From: Thermodesulfobacteriota bacterium
GTDB lineage: Bacteria; Desulfobacterota; Desulfobulbia; Desulfobulbales; JBFMBH01
Length of the DNA stretch: 64,000 bases
Assembly: GCA_040755095.1 (NCBI GenBank)
Contig: JBFMBH010000006.1
Coordinates: 1,290-65,289 of the forward strand
Direction: 5' to 3'
A program made the translations under genes and the position numbers. The notes beneath the pieces were generated by a model. It had not been told where the DNA came from and made no database searches. It was given only the letters and a program-made list of their open reading frames with translations. Of this stretch, positions 28,036 through 34,773 are shown in pieces. The stretch's first letter is position 1. Every line of letters starts with the position of its first letter.

Positions 28036-28202
28036 AAAGGCTCATCCCCGCCAGGCCGCGGCCGGTGCCGGCTGGCGGGCAGCGGCCCGGCCATGGAGCG
28101 TCCTGGCCGGGCTCTCCATGGGCTGACTGCTGAAAACAATTCATCCTCGATGCCCGTTGTGGCCCGAGGCCAGGCGCCCCCTTTTGCCTCCACCATGGTA
28201 GA

Positions 28203-29549
28203 ATGCCGTCCATGCGCCGCCTCTTCGAAGTCATGATCCTTTCCGTGGCCCTCCTGGGCCTGGTCCTCTTCTTCCTGACCCCGCCGCCAGGCCGGCAGGA
28301 TGGCAGCGCCCTTCGGGGTGACCGGTCACGTCCCGCAGGGGGCGGAGCTGGCTCTGCAGCTGGGACGGGCGAGGAGCGGCCGGAGAAAGGCTTGGGCCCT
28401 GGAGAGGACGCTCCGCCCACCGCCCACCGTATCCAGCAGCGGGCCGGCATCGGCCGGGAGGAAAGGGCGCCGGGCCGGATCCCCGGAGAGTGGATCGTCC
28501 GTTTCGCCAGCCAGGCCGACCTGGAGGCCTTCCTGGCCCGGGCGGCTGCTTTGGGACTGGTGGCGGTGGATCGGCTGGACGGTCTTCTGGCGGTGCGGGT
28601 GCGGGGCAGCCGCGCCCAGCTGGAGGCGGCCCTGGCCGGCAGCACCGGGCCCTTTGAGCTGGCCGGCAACTTCCGGATCTCGGCCCCGGATCGGCCGCCG
28701 CCCCCTCCGGACGTAGACGTGGATTCCCTGCAGCCCTTCGGGGACACGGCGCCGGAATGGCTGGGAGCCGACCCCGCCTGCCCCGGGCAAGGTAGTGGCG
28801 TCACGGTGGCGGTGCTGGACACCGGCATCCGGCCTCATCCCACCCTGGCGTCGGCGCGGATCAGATCCCTGGATCTGCTGGGCGACCAGGCGGCGGCAGC
28901 GGGCGACTACGCCGGCCACGGCTCAGCCATCGCCAGCCTGATCGCCGGCAGCCATCCCCTGGCCCCGGGCATGGCCCCCCAGGCCGAGATCCTGGACATC
29001 CGGGTTCTGGATGCCAACGGCGTCGGCGATGTTTTCACCTTGGCCAAGGGGATCACGGCGGCCGCTGACGCCGGCGCCCAGATCATCAACCTCAGCCTGG
29101 GCGGCTACGGCTACCCCCCCGTCCTCCAGGAGGCCATCCGCTATGCCAGCGCCCAGGGCGCTCTGGTCGTGGCGGCGGCGGGCAACGACGGTGGCAGCGC
29201 TGTCCTCTATCCTGCCCGCTCCCCGGAGGTGGTGGCGGTGGGCGCCGTCGATGCGAAGGGTGCCCACGTCCCCTATTCCAATCAGGGCCAGGACCTGGAC
29301 CTGGTCGCCCCGGGCTTTGGCGTCAACGCCGCCTGGGTCGAGGACCAGCTGGTGCTCTTCAGCGGCACGTCGGCAGCCACCGCCCTGGTCTCCGGCCTGG
29401 CGGCCGTGCTGTTGTCCCGAGGCCAGACGGATCTCACCCCGGAGGGCCTGGCGGACCTCCTGGTGGAAATCAGCCGCGATGCCGGCGAGCCGGGCAGGGA
29501 CGACCGGTTCGGCGCCGGCATCCCGGCCCTTCCCCCCTGCCCCTGGTAA
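28203..29549 (+). CDS. Membrane-anchored S8 (subtilisin-like) serine protease with I9-like propeptide
   Basis: N-terminal anchor VMILSVALLGLVLFFL. Catalytic triad contexts VAVLDTG, HGSAIAS and SGTSAAT. An alternative ATG lies at 28212. Confidence 0.88.
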   Translation: MPSMRRLFEVMILSVALLGLVLFFLTPPPGRQDGSALRGDRSRPAGGGAGSAAGTGEERPEKGLGPGEDAPPTAHRIQQRAGIGREERAPGRIPGEWIVRFASQADLEAFLARAAALGLVAVDRLDGLLAVRVRGSRAQLEAALAGSTGPFELAGNFRISAPDRPPPPPDVDVDSLQPFGDTAPEWLGADPACPGQGSGVTVAVLDTGIRPHPTLASARIRSLDLLGDQAAAAGDYAGHGSAIASLIAGSHPLAPGMAPQAEILDIRVLDANGVGDVFTLAKGITAAADAGAQIINLSLGGYGYPPVLQEAIRYASAQGALVVAAAGNDGGSAVLYPARSPEVVAVGAVDAKGAHVPYSNQGQDLDLVAPGFGVNAAWVEDQLVLFSGTSAATALVSGLAAVLLSRGQTDLTPEGLADLLVEISRDAGEPGRDDRFGAGIPALPPCPW

Positions 29550-29580
29550 GACCGGCATCCCTTCCTGAGGAGGCCCCTTA

Positions 29581-30927
29581 GTGTACGACGTCATCATCGT
29601 CGGCGCCGGCCCGGCCGGCATCTTCACCGCCCTGACCCTGGCCGAGCTTGGCGGCGGCCGGATCCTCCTTCTGGAGCAAGGCCCGGATATCCATGAGCGC
29701 CAGCGGGGAGCGGACTGCGGCATCCTGTGCGGCTGGGGGGGCGCCGGCGCCTATTCCGACGGCAAGCTCACCCTGTCGCCGGCCCTGGGCGGCTCCCTGG
29801 CCGATCTGGTGCCGCCGGACGCCCTGACCGCGCTGTTGGCCCAGGCCGACCGGCTCTATGTGGAGCACGGTGCTCCGGACCGGCTGTTCGGGGATCTCTC
29901 GCCAGCCATCGAGGAACTGGGCGACCGGGCGCGGCTGGCTGGGCTGGAGCTCATCCCCTCCCGGATTCGCCACATCGGCACCGAAAACTGCCTGACGGTG
30001 CTGGGCCGGATGCGGCAGTCGGTGGGCGAATGGGTGGAGGTGCGCACCGGCTGTCCGGTGGCCAGACTGGTCGCCGAGGCCGGCTGCATCCAGGGCGTGG
30101 AGCTGGCCGATGGCGAGGTGCTGGGCAGCCGCTATGTGGTGGCGGCGCCGGGCCGGGCCGGTGCCGCCTGGATGAAGGCCCAGGCCCAGACCTTGGGCAT
30201 CCCCACGGCGGCCGGGCCGGTGGATATCGGCGTGCGGGTGGAGCTGCCGGCCGTGGTCCTGAAGGCCCTTACCGACCTCAGCCACGAGGTGAAGCTCGTC
30301 TATCACTCCAAGCGCTTCGATGACCGGGTGCGGACCTTTTGCATGAACCCGTACGGCGAGGTGGTGCAGGAGGCCAGTGCCGGGCTCGTCACCGTCAACG
30401 GCCACGCCTTTGCCGATCGCCGCAGCCCCAACACCAACTTCGCGATCCTGGTCTCCAGCGCCTTCACCGAGCCCTTCCGGGAGCCCATCGTCTACGGCCA
30501 GGACATCGCCCACCTGGCCAACCTCCTGGGCAACGGGGTCATTGTCCAGCGCCTGGCCGATCTGCTGGCCGGCCGCCGCTCCACCCGGGCGCGGCTTTCC
30601 CGGTCGCTCACCCGCCCCACCCTGGCCTCCGCTACCCCCGGCGACCTCTCCTTCGTCTTCCCCTACCGCCACCTGGCCAACATCATGGAGATGCTGGAGG
30701 CCATGGACCAGCTGGCCCCCGGCGTCTACTCCCGCCACACCCTCCTCTACGGCGTCGAGGTCAAGTTCTACTCCAACCGCCTGAGCTTGAGCCCGGAACT
30801 GGAAACGCCGGTGGCCAATCTCTTCGCGGTGGGCGACGGCGCCGGCCTCACCCGGGGCCTCATCCAGGCCTCCGCCTCCGGCATCCTGGCCGGCCGCGCC
30901 ATCGCCAGGCGCCTGGCGGAAGGCTGA
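29581..30927 (+). CDS. FAD-dependent oxidoreductase (COG2509-like NAD(FAD)-utilizing dehydrogenase)
   Basis: GTG start. Dinucleotide fold YDVIIVGAGPAG and C-terminal FAVGDGAG. Confidence 0.85.
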   Translation: MYDVIIVGAGPAGIFTALTLAELGGGRILLLEQGPDIHERQRGADCGILCGWGGAGAYSDGKLTLSPALGGSLADLVPPDALTALLAQADRLYVEHGAPDRLFGDLSPAIEELGDRARLAGLELIPSRIRHIGTENCLTVLGRMRQSVGEWVEVRTGCPVARLVAEAGCIQGVELADGEVLGSRYVVAAPGRAGAAWMKAQAQTLGIPTAAGPVDIGVRVELPAVVLKALTDLSHEVKLVYHSKRFDDRVRTFCMNPYGEVVQEASAGLVTVNGHAFADRRSPNTNFAILVSSAFTEPFREPIVYGQDIAHLANLLGNGVIVQRLADLLAGRRSTRARLSRSLTRPTLASATPGDLSFVFPYRHLANIMEMLEAMDQLAPGVYSRHTLLYGVEVKFYSNRLSLSPELETPVANLFAVGDGAGLTRGLIQASASGILAGRAIARRLAEG

Positions 30928-31081
30928 CCACCGCCGCCAACGGCCTTGCTCCTAACCACGGCCTGCTGCGGCATTCTTTATGGTTGACACCCTTCCCAGG
31001 CGCCGAATAGTCTTCCCACGTGGAGCAGCCACTCGTGTCAAGGCTCCGAACCGTCCCTCAATGAGGGTGCGCAGACCCGCC

Positions 31082-31375
31082 ATGCTCCCCCCACCCCCAG
31101 ACCTCCTCGCCGCCTACTGCCAGCGGCACCACATCCGCCGACTGTCCCTGCTCGGCTCCCGTAGCAAAGGCTCGGCTCGGACCGACAGCGACCTGGATCT
31201 CCTGGTGGAGTTCGAGGTTGACCAGGAGCCTGGGCTGATCGGCCTGGCGGGGATGGGGCTGGAACTGGCCGACCTGCTGGGTGGGCCCCGGGTCGATCTA
31301 CCTACCCCTGAGGACCTTAGCCGGTATTTCCGGGCAGACGTCCTGAAACAGGCGGAAGTGTGGTATGAGGCCTGA
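31082..31375 (+). CDS. MNT-type nucleotidyltransferase (type VII TA antitoxin-like)
   Basis: ORF 30980..31375 trimmed to ATG 31082. Motif GSRSKGSARTDSDLDLLVEF (GS...DxD). Confidence 0.8.
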   Translation: MLPPPPDLLAAYCQRHHIRRLSLLGSRSKGSARTDSDLDLLVEFEVDQEPGLIGLAGMGLELADLLGGPRVDLPTPEDLSRYFRADVLKQAEVWYEA

Positions 31376-31562
31376 GGACCGCGCCCGACTCCAGCACATG
31401 GTCGAAGCCATGGAGGACGCCGTTCGCTTTGTTCAGGGACGGCGGACGATCACCGAAGAGATTCCCTGCCTGCTCCCCGCGCTGCGTGCCGCACTGGCCC
31501 TGGACCAACCAGCCGGGGAAACGGATCCTCCTGGCAATCCTGGGGAGAGGCTCTTGGGGTGA
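31365..31562 (+). pseudogene. Truncated/decayed HEPN (DUF86) toxin partner of the MNT gene
   Basis: Overlaps the MNT stop by 11 nt. The N-terminus MRPEDRARLQHMVEAMEDAVRFVQG is DUF86-like. The ORF is only 65 aa and I see no R-x4-H-x-Y motif in this frame. Confidence 0.45.
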
Positions 31563-31635
31563 GGGCAGCGCGCCGCCCAGCGGTACCAGGAGAAGGAGGC
31601 AAGCCAGGGGGACGCCGTGGCGGGTTGCGAAGCCG

Positions 31636-31911
31636 TCATGTCTGACGATGATAGATCTCCCGGCGATGGCCGACGGCCAGGGCCAGAACCACGAGCCGCT
31701 CTTCCTGAATTTCGCAGATGATCCGGAAATCTCCTACCCGGTAGCGCCACAAGCCGGCCAAATCTCCACGCAACGGCTCACCGAAGTGCCTGGGGTTCTT
31801 GCACCCTTCAATGCGATCATCCAGCCAGTCCAGAAGGCGCTGTTGGACCGGATGGTCGAGCTTGCGCAGTTGTTTTTCAGCAAAACTGCTGATCTCAACC
31901 GTCCAGGCCAA
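31636..31911 (-). CDS. relE: RelE/ParE-family type II toxin
   Basis: 91 aa. Motifs FAEKQLRKLD and WRYRVGDFRIICEIQEERLVVLALAVGHRREIY. Confidence 0.85.
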   Translation of the reverse strand: MAWTVEISSFAEKQLRKLDHPVQQRLLDWLDDRIEGCKNPRHFGEPLRGDLAGLWRYRVGDFRIICEIQEERLVVLALAVGHRREIYHRQT

Positions 31912-32107
31912 GCTCTTTCCTCAAATCCCGCAAGCTTCTGCTGCCGCTGCTTTCGGCGATTGCCCGCCTGGCCAGCTCAAGGTCCTCGTTGTCCTCAAGA
32001 TAACGGACAATCGCTTCACGAACCACGGCACTGCGGTTGCGGCCCTTGGCTCTGGCCAACAGGTCGAGCTCTTGTTCAAGCTCCTTTTCCAATCGGATTG
32101 CCAACAT
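31895..32107 (-). CDS. Ribbon-helix-helix antitoxin (RelB/CopG-like)
   Basis: ATG 32107 preceded by AGGAGG with a 7-nt spacer. MLAIRLEKELEQELDLLARAKGRNRSAVVREAI. Overlaps the toxin start by 17 nt. Confidence 0.8.
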   Translation of the reverse strand: MLAIRLEKELEQELDLLARAKGRNRSAVVREAIVRYLEDNEDLELARRAIAESSGSRSLRDLRKELGLDG

Positions 32108-32556
32108 GGAAGATCCTCCTGGCAAATATGTATTACAGGGTATAACCCGGAGGCTGAGTTTGTCAATCGGACGAGGGGCCTGCCTCCCAATGCCGTTGAC
32201 TGAAGGTGAGGCCTCTTGGGCGCCCTTTCTCCCCCATTTAGCAGGGGAAGACGGGCGAGCGCGCCACTTGCCCCGCTCGATTGCCCAACCCTGCCAGAAC
32301 CACCGGCGGGTGTCGAGGTGGTGCGGCCGGCCCGGGCATTGCTGCGGAACGGCTCCCTGATCCGTCCCTCGCGCCGGAGCACGTCGGCCGTATGGGGAGA
32401 TGCCGGACAGGCCCGTGCCCGGCAGGGCGTTGGAGCTGTGGCAGGTGACGCCGCGGCTCGGCCGAACGGACGAGCGGAAAGCCGAGGGGAAGAAGCCCCC
32501 CCCGATGCGGGGCCGGCCGGGGGGAGGCGGGAAGAACGGGCAGGGAGAAGCCGGCC

Positions 32557-34017
32557 TCAGGCCGGCGGACAGAAGGACGCGGCCTGGGCCCGCAGCTGGG
32601 CCAGGAGCCGTTGGTGGATGTTGTCGAAGCCGCCGTTGGAGAGAATGGCCACCAGGTCACCTGGCCGGAGCGTGGTGCCCAGATCGGCGAGGATGGCGCC
32701 GGTATCGGCGAAGCTCGCCGCCTGCTGGCCGGCGGCGGCCAGATCGGCGGCCAGGCGGGCCGAGGAGAAGCGCTCGCTGGCCGGCAGGCCGTCCATCGGC
32801 AGCGGCTCCCGGAGGAGAACCCGGTCGGCATCGCCGAAGGCAGCGGCATACTCGGCCTGGAAGATGTTGCGGCGGCTGGTGTTGGTGCGGGGCTCGAAGA
32901 CCACCACCAGGCGCCGGCCCGGGTAAGCCTGGCGCAGGCCGGCCAGGGTGACCCGCACCGCGGTGGGATGATGAGCGAAATCGTCGATCACCGTCACCCC
33001 GGCCTCGGTGCCCCGCACCTCCTGGCGCCGCCGCACCCCGGCAAAGCTGGCCAGGCCGGCGGCAATGGCCTCAGGCGCCAGGCCGAGCCGGTGCAGGACC
33101 GCGATCACCGCCAGGGCGTTGGCGGCGTTGTGGCGACCGGGCATGGGCAGGACAAAGGTGCCGTACGCCTGTCCCCGGTGCTCCACCGCAAAGCGGCTGC
33201 CGGTGCCCTGGGGCTCCACCGCGGCCAGTCGCCAATCGTTGGCCGGCCCTTCTCCGTAGAGCTCCACCGGACAGAGAGCGCCAGCCGCCACGGCCCGCAC
33301 CTTGGGGTCATCCCCCCAGGCCACCAGGCCACCGTCCGCCGGCAGGATGCCCACCAGCCGCCGGAAGGCGGCCTCCACCGCCGCCAGGTCGGCGTAGATG
33401 TCGGCGTGATCGAATTCGATGCTGGTGAGGATGGCAATCCCGGGCCGGTAATGGAGGAACTTCGGCCCCTTGTCGAAGAAGGCGGTGTCGTACTCGTCCC
33501 CTTCCACCACAAAATACTGGCCGCCCCCCAGGGCGTGGTTGGCGCCGAAGCCTTGCACCAGGCCACCGATGAGAAAGCCGGGCGTAAGCCCAGCATGGTG
33601 CAGAACCGAGGCCAGAAGCGACGAGGTCGTGGTCTTGCCGTGGGTGCCGGCCACCACCAGGGATCTGGCACCCGCCAGGAAAAAATGGCCCAGGGCCTGG
33701 GGCATGGACAGATAAGGAACAGCCAGTGCGGCCAGGGCCTGCGCCTCCGGGTTGGTGGCGCGGATGACATTGCCCACCACCACCAGGTCGGGCCGGGGAT
33801 CGAGGTTGGCGGCCCGGTAGCCCTCGGCCACCGGAATGCCCTTTTCCGCCAGAAAGAGGCTCATGGGCGGGTAGGTGGCGGTATCGGAGCCGGTGACCAC
33901 AAAGCCGGCCTCTTGAAGAAGACCGGCCAGGGCGGCCATGCCGGTGCCGCAGATGCCCATCACATGGATGTGCCGGATGCCGTCCGGCACCCGGTTCAGC
34001 TCCGGGGCAAGGGTCAC
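32557..34017 (-). CDS. mpl: UDP-N-acetylmuramate:L-alanyl-gamma-D-glutamyl-meso-DAP ligase (murein peptide ligase)
   Basis: ORF 32557..34569 trimmed to GTG 34017 (GTGA overlap with the upstream small ORF). Motifs HVMGICGTGMAALA, GTHGKTTT and DDFAHHPTA. Confidence 0.88.
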   Translation of the reverse strand: MTLAPELNRVPDGIRHIHVMGICGTGMAALAGLLQEAGFVVTGSDTATYPPMSLFLAEKGIPVAEGYRAANLDPRPDLVVVGNVIRATNPEAQALAALAVPYLSMPQALGHFFLAGARSLVVAGTHGKTTTSSLLASVLHHAGLTPGFLIGGLVQGFGANHALGGGQYFVVEGDEYDTAFFDKGPKFLHYRPGIAILTSIEFDHADIYADLAAVEAAFRRLVGILPADGGLVAWGDDPKVRAVAAGALCPVELYGEGPANDWRLAAVEPQGTGSRFAVEHRGQAYGTFVLPMPGRHNAANALAVIAVLHRLGLAPEAIAAGLASFAGVRRRQEVRGTEAGVTVIDDFAHHPTAVRVTLAGLRQAYPGRRLVVVFEPRTNTSRRNIFQAEYAAAFGDADRVLLREPLPMDGLPASERFSSARLAADLAAAGQQAASFADTGAILADLGTTLRPGDLVAILSNGGFDNIHQRLLAQLRAQAASFCPPA

Positions 34018-34217
34018 GGCTGGCGGGAAGCGCGGACGGCGGAGGCCACCGTCTCGTAGACGCTGCGGAAGGTCTCGTCGAAGTTGGGGGGGGACAGGCG
34101 GCCCACCTCGATGAACTTGACAACGATCTCCTTGGCCACCTTGAGGATGGCCTCCTCGGAGACCGGCTTGGCTGCCGGCTCCTGGCCGGGGACCACGATC
34201 TTGGCAGGCTGGGTCAT
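34014..34217 (-). CDS. Small hypothetical protein (67 aa), translationally coupled to mpl
   Basis: ORF 34014..34385 trimmed to ATG 34217. MTQPAKIVVPGQEPAAKPVSEEAILKVAKEIVVKFIEVGRLSPPNFDETFRSVYETV looks protein-like with high GC3. Confidence 0.55.
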   Translation of the reverse strand: MTQPAKIVVPGQEPAAKPVSEEAILKVAKEIVVKFIEVGRLSPPNFDETFRSVYETVASAVRASRQP

Positions 34218-34262
34218 CACGAGCACAGCTCCGGGGCCAAAGCCCGCAGGGGTGACCAGAGG

Positions 34263-34314
34263 GAAGCCTCTGCTGGGGGAAGAAGGCCGTGGCTGGACTA
34301 CCAGCAGAGGCTTC
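34263..34314. repeat. Perfect 14-bp inverted repeat GAAGCCTCTGCTGG / CCAGCAGAGGCTTC separated by 24 nt
   Basis: Seen directly, 46-97 nt upstream of the small-ORF/mpl start, within a 556-bp intergenic region. Confidence 0.6.
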
Positions 34315-34773
34315 TGCCGACAGAAAAAACCGGTGACGGCCCTCCCTGAGGCAGGGCCAATATACCCGGTTGCCAGGGCCGGCACAAGCCGAGGAGCGGC
34401 CCGGCGTTGGGCCCGTCAGGGGGGCGGGCAATTCCGCCGCACCGCCTGGTCGTACAGCCATGGCAGCTTGAGCAGGGCGAAGGAAGCTGAGGTTGGGATG
34501 GCGGATGCGCTCCACCAGAATGAACACCGCAATCTCGGCCGGCAGCGGTTCCCCAGGCCGGCCCGCCATGGCCTGGCGTTGGCGAGCAGCCAGGTGGGCG
34601 GGATGGCTCCTCTACCCCCGTGGTGCCAGGGCGCATCGCTGTTATGCCACAGACGGTCCGGACTGCCGGGACCAGGCGCCGGCGAACCTGCCTTGTGGAT
34701 TCCCCGGTCCTGGACTACCATGACACCAGGGAGCTGCGCCCCCGCTGTCCCTGATCCCAGGAGCCCTTGGCCC

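Noticed and set aside
32548-32566. Palindrome GCCGGCC-TCA-GGCCGGC at the mpl stop codon
   Set aside because: Short GC-only dyads arise often by chance in a ~68% GC genome. There is no T-tract, so I do not call it a terminator.
34084-34773. 230-codon N-terminal extension of the hybrid kinase ORF
   Set aside because: The extension overlaps the small-ORF/mpl start region on the opposite strand and is not protein-like. The receiver domain begins cleanly at ATG 34774.
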